From positions 69,673 to 133,672 of the forward strand of contig CAXMWX010000011.1 of assembly GCA_963422205.2 (NCBI GenBank): a stretch of DNA of 64,000 nucleotides, read 5' to 3'. This DNA is from Gammaproteobacteria bacterium (lineage in GTDB: Bacteria; Pseudomonadota; Gammaproteobacteria; Eutrophobiales; Eutrophobiaceae). A program made the translations under genes and the position numbers. Numbering within the stretch: position 1 is the first letter of the stretch; every line of letters starts with the position of its first letter. The notes beneath the pieces are model-generated. The model saw only the letters and a list, made by a program, of their open reading frames with translations. It searched no databases and was not told the DNA's origin. Positions 52,218-60,523 of this stretch are shown here, piece by piece.

Positions 52218-54275
52218 TCACGGCATGGGCTTGATGATCAGATTGCCCTGGCTGTCGACTGTTGCATCATGAGCGGGTAACACCACCGTGGTTGAATCCA
52301 TTTCAACGATCACCGCCGGGCCGGGAATGACCAGCCCTTCATGCAGTTTCATTCGCTCATAAATCACGATATCGAGCCACTGGCCATCGTAGAAATACTG
52401 GCTGTCCTTGATTTTGCAATCCTCAAGGCGGGTGCCCGCCTCGCCGGTTTTAAGATCAGCCAGCGCTTTTGACCGGGCCTTGACGATAGCGCGAATCATG
52501 ACGATCTCATGGCCCTCGCCCAGGGCAAAGGTGAACAACTGCTCATGTTCGGCATCAAACCTGGCCGTCAGGCCAGCGATGCCATCCCGCTTCAGTTGCT
52601 CCTCGGTGAAATCCAGCGTGATCTGATACGCCTGGCCGGTATAACGCAGATCGGCCTGATAAAGCACTTCCCAGTCAGTCGCCGCAATACCATCGGCCTG
52701 CAAAGAGGCCGATGCTCTGTCTTTCAGCGCCTTTAGATCAGCAAGCAATGTGTCAGTGCCCGCCTCCCTGGCCATGGTGACAGAAGTACGGGCGGCCTCA
52801 TCCTGCACCTGTGTGGTCGCATCACCATAGGCACACAACACCCCCGGCCCGGGCGGCACGATCACCGGCCAGGCCCCGCTCAATACCCCCAGGGCATTGG
52901 CATGCAGGGGCCCAGCACCCCCAAAACCGACCAGGGAGAAATCACGCGGGTCATGCCCCTGCTCAACCGAGACCAGGCGCAGGGCGCCGAACATGGCCTC
53001 GTTGACGATCTTGATGATGCCCTCAGCCGCCGCCATCAGACCAATCTCCATGGCATCGGCCACTTTTTGCACGGCTTTCTCGGCGGCCTGTTTGTTGATC
53101 GCCATCGCACCGCCCAGTTGCACATCGGCAGGCAAATACCCCAGCACCACATTGGCATCACACACCGTCGGCTCCTGCCCGCCTTTCATATAGGCCGCCG
53201 GCCCCGGCACCGCACCTGCCGATGCCGGCCCGACCCGAAGCGCCCGGGTCAACTCCGGCACAAACGCAATCGAGCCGCCGCCCGCCCCGATGGTACGCAC
53301 ATCCATTGAAGGGGCACGTACCCGGACATCGCCAACGATGGTCTCACGCCTGACCTGTGCCTTGCCCTGCTGGATCAGGGCAACATCGGTGGATGTCCCT
53401 CCCATATCCAGCGTCATGATGTTCTCATAACCCGCCCGGCGACAGAAGTAGAGCGCACCCGCCACCCCGCCAGCCGGCCCGGACATGAGCAGATTCACCG
53501 GCGATTCAGCGGCGGCACGGCCAGATGCCAGGCCACCATCAGAGCGCAGGATAGATAACGCCACCTCACCCATCTTGTCCTGCAGGGCGGTTTGCAGATT
53601 GGTCACATAATTTGCCACTTCAGGGCGCACATAGGCATTGACGACTGTGGTCTCGGTGCGCTCGTATTCCTGCATCTCCGGCACCACGGCACTGGAGATG
53701 GAGACAGGGATGTCGGTGAAGATCTCGCGTGCGATTGCCGCGGCTCTGGTTTCATTCTCACCATTGATATATGCGTTGATAAAACAAATCGTCAGCGATT
53801 CCACTTCGTTACGGGCATGCAGAGCCTGCAAGGACTGGCGCAACGCCGCCTCATCCAGCGGCTTGATGATGGTGCCATCGGCCGCCATGCGCTCATCCGC
53901 CTCAACAGTGAGTTCCAGCGGGGCGAGCAAGGGTTTTTTGACATAGCTTACCCAGCCGCCGAGACCACCCGGACAGAATGAACGGGCAACCTGCAATATC
54001 TGCTTAAAACCCCTGGTTGTGACCAGACCGACCCGGGAACCGCGCCCGGTCAGCACGGCATTGGTGGCCACCGTGGTGCCGTGCATGACCCGAGAGATAG
54101 CCGATGGATCAATACCGGATTGCTCGCAGATCCGGGCAATACCACCGAGCACGCCGAGAGAGGGATCCTCCGGTGTAGACGGCACTTTTACCGTGCAGGT
54201 CTGGCCAGTCTGCTCATTGATAAGCAGCAGATCAGTGAACGTGCCGCCGACATCAACACCCAGTCTGTAAGACAT
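52218..54275 (-). CDS. Hydantoinase A / oxoprolinase-family protein (alpha subunit)
   Basis: 685 aa. The YRLGVDVGGTFTDLLL ASKHA-fold phosphate-1 motif and a second DMGGTSTDV motif are typical of HyuA/OplA. Confidence 0.88.
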   Translation of the reverse strand: MSYRLGVDVGGTFTDLLLINEQTGQTCTVKVPSTPEDPSLGVLGGIARICEQSGIDPSAISRVMHGTTVATNAVLTGRGSRVGLVTTRGFKQILQVARSFCPGGLGGWVSYVKKPLLAPLELTVEADERMAADGTIIKPLDEAALRQSLQALHARNEVESLTICFINAYINGENETRAAAIAREIFTDIPVSISSAVVPEMQEYERTETTVVNAYVRPEVANYVTNLQTALQDKMGEVALSILRSDGGLASGRAAAESPVNLLMSGPAGGVAGALYFCRRAGYENIMTLDMGGTSTDVALIQQGKAQVRRETIVGDVRVRAPSMDVRTIGAGGGSIAFVPELTRALRVGPASAGAVPGPAAYMKGGQEPTVCDANVVLGYLPADVQLGGAMAINKQAAEKAVQKVADAMEIGLMAAAEGIIKIVNEAMFGALRLVSVEQGHDPRDFSLVGFGGAGPLHANALGVLSGAWPVIVPPGPGVLCAYGDATTQVQDEAARTSVTMAREAGTDTLLADLKALKDRASASLQADGIAATDWEVLYQADLRYTGQAYQITLDFTEEQLKRDGIAGLTARFDAEHEQLFTFALGEGHEIVMIRAIVKARSKALADLKTGEAGTRLEDCKIKDSQYFYDGQWLDIVIYERMKLHEGLVIPGPAVIVEMDSTTVVLPAHDATVDSQGNLIIKPMP

Positions 54276-54295
54276 ACCATGCCCTCATTGTTATT

Positions 54296-55217
54296 TTACG
54301 TACAAGCCGCCGCCTGGACTGTATTCGGAAACACCCCTGCCCTGCTTACCATCGCCGGCATCGGGGTCGCCAGCGGCTGCTCCAGCCATTTTGCCGTGTC
54401 GATGATTTTTTCAATATCCACGCCCGTCTTTAACCCCATACGGTGAATCATATAGAGCAGGTCCTCGGTGCCGACATTGCCTGTGGCCGCCGGGGCAAAC
54501 GGGCAACCGCCCACACCCCCCGCAGCTGGCATCGAAGATGCTGACACCTTCCATGATAGCCGCATACACATTCGCCACGGCCGTGTTGCGGGTGTTGTGA
54601 AAATGACAGCGCAGAGCAACATCCGGCACCGCCCGTTGGGCCTGTTTGACCAGGCTGGCCACCTCGGCCGGCGTGGCCACACCGATGGTATCGGCCAGGG
54701 CGATCTCGGTAAATCCCATATCAGCCAGCCGCTGACACAGGCCGAGCACTTTGCCCGCCGGTATCTCTCCTTCGAATGGACAACCAAACGCCGCACTCAC
54801 CGTCACCGAGCTACGCAGGGGGGTTGTCTGTATTTCTCTGGCGATCTCGGCAATGACCTGCATGGTCTGCTCGGTTGTTGCGTTCTGGTTACGCTGATTG
54901 AAGGTGTCTGACGCCACCACAGCACAGTTGATTTCATTGATGCGGCTGGCGGCGGCGCGCTCAAACCCGCGCCTGTTCAATACCAGCCCGATGTAGGTGA
55001 CATCATCCCGTTCCGGCAGGCCGGCAATCACCGCCTCGGCATCGGCCATTTGCGGCACCCGTTTGGGATTGACAAAACTCACCACTTCCAGGCGCCGTAT
55101 GCCAGCATCGATCAGGCGGCTGATCAAGGTCAGTTTATGCGTTGTCTCCAGCAGCCTGGCCTGACTCTGCAAACCATCACGGGGAGCAACATCAATAATT
55201 TCGATAAAACCTGTCAT
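54296..55217 (-). pseudogene. HMG-CoA-lyase-like (HMGL/DRE-TIM family) gene interrupted by a +1 frameshift in a G6 run (C6 on the plus strand, 54516..54521)
   Basis: Track ORFs 54411..55304 (N-terminal part, IIDVAPRDGLQS..., HFHNTRN) and 54296..54796 (C-terminal part, GGVGGCPFAPAATGNVGTEDLLYM) are two frames of one gene. Removing one G from GGGGGG restores ...IFDASCGGVGGCPFAP... as a 306-codon ORF ending 20 nt before the HyuA-like start. The span of 922 nt is not divisible by 3. Confidence 0.75.
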
Positions 55218-55303
55218 GGCGTCTCTTAAGAACCCGCTTGCACTTGTTGAAGGCCAGATCATTTTAAGCCAAAGCCCTTGACAAGAGCTACTCGAACAAA
55301 TCA

Positions 55304-55338
55304 ACTTATAAAATCAACTTAAACTTATAAAATCAACT
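55304..55338. repeat. Two exact 16-bp direct repeats ACTTATAAAATCAACT spaced 19 bp apart, with a third partial AATCAACT just upstream
   Basis: Read directly at 55304..55319 and 55323..55338, with AAATCAACT also at 55298..55306. They lie in the 217-bp divergent promoter gap. Confidence 0.7.
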
Positions 55339-55343
55339 CATAA

Positions 55344-55353
55344 TTGTATACAA
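55344..55353. promoter_or_regulatory. Candidate GntR/FadR-type operator, perfect palindrome TTGTATACAA
   Basis: 10-bp perfect palindrome in the divergent lyase-operon/CoA-transferase gap, identical to the site at 58429..58438. Confidence 0.4.
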
Positions 55354-55365
55354 AGAAAAGATATT

Positions 55366-55389
55366 AAGGCATAATAATGCCTTTTTTTT
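55366..55389 (+). terminator. Terminator-like hairpin plus T8 run in the leader of the CoA-transferase gene (possible attenuator)
   Basis: AAGGCAT (55366..55372), AATA loop, ATGCCTT (55377..55383), running into TTTTTTTT (55382..55389). It sits 45 nt upstream of the ATG with no plus-strand gene upstream to terminate. Confidence 0.35.
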
Positions 55390-55396
55390 CCGATAA

Positions 55397-55407
55397 ATGT
55401 ATACAAT
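55397..55407. promoter_or_regulatory. Candidate GntR operator ATGTATACAAT
   Basis: Same TGTATACA core, 28 nt upstream of the CoA-transferase ATG. Confidence 0.35.
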
Positions 55408-55434
55408 AAATGACTCATCTACCTGCCAAACATC

Positions 55435-56649
55435 ATGAACCAGAGAGATGAATTACAACAGCGCGGCCCGCTGGCCGATGTCCGTGTCATTGAAATGGGT
55501 GTGCTTCTGGCCGGGCCGTTCTGTGGTCAGCTGCTGGGGGATTTCGGCGCCGAAGTCATCAAGATAGAACAGCCCGGGGTGGGCGATCCCATGCGTGAAT
55601 GGGGTCAGGAAAAAGCCCAGGGGCATTCGCTGTGGTGGCCGGTCGTGGCGCGGAATAAAAAATCCATCACCTTGAACGCACGGGAAACCGAAGGCCAGCA
55701 GATCATCAAGCAGCTCGTGGCCGAGGCGGATATTCTGATCGAGAACTTCCGTCCTGGCACGATGGAGCGCTGGAACTTGAGCTATGAGGAGTTGGCAGAG
55801 ATCAACCCGCGGCTGATCATGGTGCGTATAACCGGCTTCGGTCAGACCGGCCCTTATGCCAAACAAGCCGGCTATGGCTCGATTGGCGAGGCGATGGGCG
55901 GGCTGCGGTTTGTGGTGGGTGATCCGGACAAACCCCCCAGCCGCATGGGGATCAGCATTGGCGATGAGCTGGCCGCCACCTATGCCTGCCTGGGTGCCTT
56001 GAGTGCCTTGCATGTACGCCAGACCACCGGCCGGGGTCAGGTCGTTGATTCGGCGATTTATGAGGCCGTGTTTGCCATGATGGAGTCCTTGATCCCGGAA
56101 TACCAGATCGGCGGCTATGTGCGCCAGCGCACCGGTTCAATTTTACCTAATGTGGCCCCGGCGAATGCGTATCCTGTCAAAGATGGTGACTATCTGGTCG
56201 CCGCCAACCAGGATACCGTCTTCAAACGCTTTGCTGAGGCCATGGGGCGCCCGGAACTGGCCGAGGATTCGCGTTACGCCACGCACACCGCCCGCGGCAG
56301 ACACCAGCAGGAACTGGACGAGTTGATATCTGCCTGGACACAAACCATGACAGCCGCCGAGTTGCGCGAGAAGATGAACGAACATGGCGTCCCCAGTGGC
56401 AAGATTTATACCGCGGCCGATATGCTGGAGGATGAGCACTTCGCTGCACGCCAGGCCATCGTCTCGGTGCCGCATACGCTGTTTGGTGAGTTGAAGATGC
56501 AGAACGTGTTCCCCCGCATGTCTGACACGCAAGGCAAGGTGCGCTGGCCAGGCCCGGAGCTGGGCGAGCATAACAAGGAAATCTATCAGGACGTGCTGGG
56601 CATGGCGGATGAGCAGATAGCGCAGTTGAAAGAGAAAGGCGTTATCTAG
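55435..56649 (+). CDS. Family III CoA-transferase (CaiB/BaiF type)
   Basis: 404 aa. PLADVRVIEMGVLLAGPFCGQLLGDFGAEVIKIE N-terminus and the interlocked-dimer family pattern, including the catalytic Asp region (GYGSIGEAMGG). Confidence 0.88.
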   Translation: MNQRDELQQRGPLADVRVIEMGVLLAGPFCGQLLGDFGAEVIKIEQPGVGDPMREWGQEKAQGHSLWWPVVARNKKSITLNARETEGQQIIKQLVAEADILIENFRPGTMERWNLSYEELAEINPRLIMVRITGFGQTGPYAKQAGYGSIGEAMGGLRFVVGDPDKPPSRMGISIGDELAATYACLGALSALHVRQTTGRGQVVDSAIYEAVFAMMESLIPEYQIGGYVRQRTGSILPNVAPANAYPVKDGDYLVAANQDTVFKRFAEAMGRPELAEDSRYATHTARGRHQQELDELISAWTQTMTAAELREKMNEHGVPSGKIYTAADMLEDEHFAARQAIVSVPHTLFGELKMQNVFPRMSDTQGKVRWPGPELGEHNKEIYQDVLGMADEQIAQLKEKGVI

Positions 56650-56762
56650 CGTTATCTGGGCGAGCATAACAAGGAAATCTATCAGGACGTGCTGGGCATG
56701 GCGGATGAGCAGATAGCGCAGTTGAAAGAGAAAGGCGTTATCTAGCGTTATCTGGGCGAGCA
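56560..56762. repeat. Exact 96-bp tandem duplication (2 copies plus an 11-bp third start) covering the last 29 sense codons, the stop codon and 6 nt 3' of the CoA-transferase gene
   Basis: 56560..56655 and 56656..56751 are identical base for base on my reading. CTGGGCGAGCA recurs at 56752..56762 and then the sequence diverges. Confidence 0.9.
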
Positions 56763-56766
56763 GATG

Positions 56767-57165
56767 CTAAACCAGCACGTTTGACCCGCTCATATACACA
56801 TACACTTCTTGGAATTTCTCATCGCGAATACGCCAGAAATTGGTATTCTCCAGCCGGGTTTCGTTGCCATCCGTATCAACCAGCTCGGCCACAAAACTGG
56901 CGGCAATGCGACCATTGGCGGCATCTACCGTGCAGGTAAAATCACGATGAATAATGGTCTCGTATGCGCCCATGAAATCAACAAACATGCGCCTGATCTC
57001 TGCCTTGCCGACATGGGTGGTGAAGGCCGTCTGTACGGTCAGCATGGCATTGTCATGAAAACAATCCAACACGGCATCCAGTGCCTTTTTATCCACATTA
57101 CCGAAGTATTTGTGTATCGCCAGATCGATCAGGCCATCGCCATCCAAACGTGATGGATATTGCAT
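56767..57165 (-). CDS. NTF2/SnoaL-like fold protein (paralog 2)
   Basis: 132 aa, small alpha+beta cone-like pattern. Shares YF..VD...L..VLDCFH.DA.L and the C-terminal F..V.VYMSG.N.L with the upstream ORF. Confidence 0.55.
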   Translation of the reverse strand: MQYPSRLDGDGLIDLAIHKYFGNVDKKALDAVLDCFHDNAMLTVQTAFTTHVGKAEIRRMFVDFMGAYETIIHRDFTCTVDAANGRIAASFVAELVDTDGNETRLENTNFWRIRDEKFQEVYVYMSGSNVLV

Positions 57166-57180
57166 AATTATCTCCTCGCC

Positions 57181-57576
57181 TTACTTCAGCAGGTTCTCGC
57201 CGCTCATATAGACAAACACACGGCTGAATTTTCCCTCATGCAGATAGAAACGATTACAGTTTTCATAACGCTGTAGCTCACCGGTCGCCTTTGGCACGAC
57301 TTCAACGGAGAACTGCGAGCATATCGCCTGTGCCTGCGTGTCCACCGTATGGACAAAGTTGCCATGCCAGATCCGGCTGTGTGCATCAAACAGGCCAACG
57401 AACATCGCCTTGATCGCATCCATGCCATCGTGCAAGGTGTTGGAGGTCATCTCCCGTAACGTGGCATCGGCGTGAAAACAATCCAGCACCCGCCCCATGT
57501 CGTCATTATCCACCCCGTGAAAATAACGCTTGGTGACGATGTCCACATAGTAGTCGTAGTGATAGTCGCTCATCAT
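57181..57576 (-). CDS. NTF2/SnoaL-like fold protein (paralog 1)
   Basis: 131 aa, a paralog of 56767..57165 with a 15-nt gap between the two. Confidence 0.55.
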   Translation of the reverse strand: MMSDYHYDYYVDIVTKRYFHGVDNDDMGRVLDCFHADATLREMTSNTLHDGMDAIKAMFVGLFDAHSRIWHGNFVHTVDTQAQAICSQFSVEVVPKATGELQRYENCNRFYLHEGKFSRVFVYMSGENLLK

Positions 57577-57606
57577 GCTAACCTTAGGGTCTGTTGTATT
57601 GATCGA

Positions 57607-58362
57607 TCACGCTGGCTTTTGGATGCGAGAGAGAATCATCGCATCATTCGGTTTTTCAGGGCTGGGGAAGGCCCGCTTGCTGTGGCTGAGGTTGAGTTGC
57701 AGATACATCTCACACAGCTTGTAGGCCACCTGCCCCGGATTGATCACCGGCACGGGTAATCTCTCGGCCAGATAGCCGTGCGACTGGTGCATGGTGGTTG
57801 AGCCCAGCACGATCACACTGGCCGCATCCTCATTGATCGCCCGCAGGCTTTCCTGTTCCAGTTGCTTAAAAACCCCCTCTTCCTTGCCCTCCAGAAGTTC
57901 CTGCAGGTCCGGCCGGGTTTTGATCGAGCGCAACGAGGCACAGCGATGCTCAAGCCCGTACTCTTTCAGCGTCTTGGTGTACAGCGGAAACCATTCATCC
58001 CACATGGTGATCACGGAGAACCTGTGTCCCAGACAACAGGCGATATGGAAGGCCGCCTGCCCCGGCCCGACAACCGGTATCAAGAGCCTGGAACGCAGGG
58101 CATACATGCCGGAATCACTGACCGTATCAATGCACACAGCCGCATAGCCCTCTTCCTCCGCCTGGAGACCCGCTTCAAAGACGCTCATGTCCATAAGCAG
58201 CGTATCGTAGTAGCTGTCGCCCAGCGCCGCCCCCCAACTGACAGCGACAAAATCAACCTCCGCCCCTGGCATCAGCAGGTCTTTCGGTAATTGTGATGCC
58301 CGGTTATCAACACCTGCCTGATCCATGGGAACAGGCACGATAATCTTGATTTTTTTTGTCAT
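57607..58362 (-). CDS. Asp/Glu/hydantoin racemase-superfamily protein (atypical active site)
   Basis: KIKIIVPVP N-terminus, HRFSVITMW, and YGLEHRCASLRSI resembling hydantoin-racemase blocks. Start trimmed to the ATG 58362 (MTKKIKI). Confidence 0.7.
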   Translation of the reverse strand: MTKKIKIIVPVPMDQAGVDNRASQLPKDLLMPGAEVDFVAVSWGAALGDSYYDTLLMDMSVFEAGLQAEEEGYAAVCIDTVSDSGMYALRSRLLIPVVGPGQAAFHIACCLGHRFSVITMWDEWFPLYTKTLKEYGLEHRCASLRSIKTRPDLQELLEGKEEGVFKQLEQESLRAINEDAASVIVLGSTTMHQSHGYLAERLPVPVINPGQVAYKLCEMYLQLNLSHSKRAFPSPEKPNDAMILSRIQKPA

Positions 58363-58428
58363 AACCCAAGCCCTTGCGACTTGACTAATGCAGTAAGCTA
58401 AGAACGGCACTCTATCATCTTTGTTATA

Positions 58429-58438
58429 TTGTATACAA
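58429..58438. promoter_or_regulatory. Candidate GntR/FadR-type operator, perfect palindrome TTGTATACAA
   Basis: Lies 67 nt upstream of the racemase-like start. Identical 10-mer to 55344..55353. Confidence 0.4.
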
Positions 58439-58642
58439 AATTTAAGCGGAGATATTCATGCAAACCTGTGCATTCACCGATTTTGCGTGTTGTACTCGCC
58501 GTAGTATTGATTGATTTTCCGCACCAGAGGGCCGCCGTCACACATTTGAGGAGAGCATTGTGCCGGCGCAGAGACGCAAGGCGTCCGTGCAAAAAGCCGC
58601 TGCCGTGCTTGCCACCGTGCTTTCAGGGGGGAGTGCAGCTTG

Positions 58643-60376
58643 TCAAGCCTGCCAGCAATCTGCCCTCTGGTGGTTTTTGATCTGGCCTGTGTCCTCCTGC
58701 TTGCCCTCATCCCCACGCTCATCTTGAGGCAGGTAGAACCAGCGAATTTGCCTGGCGCTTTTCGACAGCGTGATGTTGCCAACGGGTCCGGGGGCCTCAA
58801 CGCCAGCCAAACGCCTTTCCGCTTCACCCAGATAAGGCGTCAGCCGCTTCGGCCGGTTTACTTCATTGGACGATGACCCTCTGCCCACCTCCTGAAAATC
58901 CCACTCACCAAGGCCGGCGTTCAGTGTACGCCTGTTTGCATGGTAGACCCAGATCCCGGTCGCCTCATCATAATCGTAATAAGACAACAGCTTCCAGCCT
59001 TGTTCGGCAATCAGTTCAATGGCACGAATGATATAGTCAGTTGTTTCCGTATCGAAAAAATAATTAAAACTCAATCGCACCCAGCCAGGCCGCATGATGC
59101 TGTTTCCCCGCAAGACCTGCTGTTCCAGTTGCAGGCTGTATTCGCTGTCCATACCCAATAAGTCGTGGGCATAGGGGCCGGCACAGGAGCAGCCGCCGCG
59201 CGCCTGAATACCAAATAAATCATTGAGCAATGCAACGATAAAGCCGTAGTGAAGATATTTATCAAGGCGCTTGATCTGAAAAGACAGTATTGCCAGCCGT
59301 TCAGCCTCCGGGTTGCCGAGAATTTCAATGCAGGGATGTGGAAGGAGTCGGGATATGGACTGTCGGATCAAGGATTGTTCGCGTTGCTCAATTTCCTCCA
59401 TGCCGACTGCCTGTTGTAATTTGAAGGCCAGGCCAGCACGAATGGCACCGATAATGTCAGGCGTACCCCCCTCTTCACGCTTTTCAGGATCATCATGATA
59501 GACATGGTGCCCGGGGCTGACATAGCGGACAGTACCGCCGCCGGGCACCACCGGCGTGGTATTTTTGATCAGCGATTTTTTGACCACCAGGATGCCAGAG
59601 CTGCCTGGCCCGCCAACGAATTTATGCGGCGAGATAAAAACCGCATCCTTGCCAGTATCGCCTTCCGGCCCCTGCCGACCCAGCATGTCTATGCGGGTAT
59701 ACGGTGCGGCGGCGGCATAGTCCCAGCAGGCATAGGCGCCATGTTTCTTTAAAAGGCGAGTGATCCGATCGGTGTCCGTTTTAATACCGGTGACGTTGGA
59801 TGCGGCCGAGAAGCTGCCTATCTTCACTGGCCGGTGTACTGAGGCGATCAACACCTGTTCCAGTTCAGCGATGTCAATATGTCCGTCTTTATTCAGTGAA
59901 ATCCTGACCAGTTCCACTTGGCTTTCCCGCCAGGGCAGCTCGTTGGAATGGTGCTCATAAGGGCCGATCAATACCAGCGGAGTCTCCGGATTGCCGGCAG
60001 GTTTTGAAGACATATACCCCTGCTCAGCGCGTGACAGACACAACAGACCAATCAGCTTGTGAACCGCCGCCGTTGCACCCGCACCGCAGAACAAGACGCA
60101 GTAATCCTGGCTGGCATTGACCGCCTGGCTGATGATTGCCCTGGCTTGTTCCATATAGGCCGTGGTCTGTGCGCCGCTGTAAGAGCTTTCTGTGTGCGTA
60201 TTCGCATAGCAAGGCAACACCTGCGCGCAAATAAAATCCTCAATGAAAGACAGCGCCCGACCCGAGGCCGTGTAGTCGGCATAGACCAGCGGCCTTGAGC
60301 CAAACGGTGTTTGAAACAAGGCGTGCTCACCTATCACCGAATGACGAATTTGATTAATCAGCTTCTGCTGGTGCAT
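58643..60376 (-). CDS. Class V aminotransferase-fold PLP-dependent enzyme (cysteine-desulfurase/lyase-like) with a ~100-aa C-terminal tail
   Basis: 577 aa. YADYTASGRAL...ANTHTESS N-terminal block and SPHKFVGGPGSSGILV (putative PLP-lysine). The tail after ~residue 480 is charged and low-complexity. Confidence 0.7.
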   Translation of the reverse strand: MHQQKLINQIRHSVIGEHALFQTPFGSRPLVYADYTASGRALSFIEDFICAQVLPCYANTHTESSYSGAQTTAYMEQARAIISQAVNASQDYCVLFCGAGATAAVHKLIGLLCLSRAEQGYMSSKPAGNPETPLVLIGPYEHHSNELPWRESQVELVRISLNKDGHIDIAELEQVLIASVHRPVKIGSFSAASNVTGIKTDTDRITRLLKKHGAYACWDYAAAAPYTRIDMLGRQGPEGDTGKDAVFISPHKFVGGPGSSGILVVKKSLIKNTTPVVPGGGTVRYVSPGHHVYHDDPEKREEGGTPDIIGAIRAGLAFKLQQAVGMEEIEQREQSLIRQSISRLLPHPCIEILGNPEAERLAILSFQIKRLDKYLHYGFIVALLNDLFGIQARGGCSCAGPYAHDLLGMDSEYSLQLEQQVLRGNSIMRPGWVRLSFNYFFDTETTDYIIRAIELIAEQGWKLLSYYDYDEATGIWVYHANRRTLNAGLGEWDFQEVGRGSSSNEVNRPKRLTPYLGEAERRLAGVEAPGPVGNITLSKSARQIRWFYLPQDERGDEGKQEDTGQIKNHQRADCWQA

Positions 60377-60523
60377 ACCATAGTCCTGATAAATAAAAAA
60401 ACACTATATTTTATTTACTGATAAATTATTTACTTTTTTTTAGCTTTTTTCGCTAAAATATCATAAATATTTCCATTAATAGACTAAAAATAGAAAAAAT
60501 ATTTCGATAACAAAGAGTATAAC

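Noticed and set aside
54296-54796. The 166-aa ORF considered as an independent gene.
   Set aside because: Only its last ~75 residues (GGVGGCPFAP...) make sense, and they continue the HMGL-like protein after a 1-nt slip. It is treated as the 3' part of the frameshifted gene.
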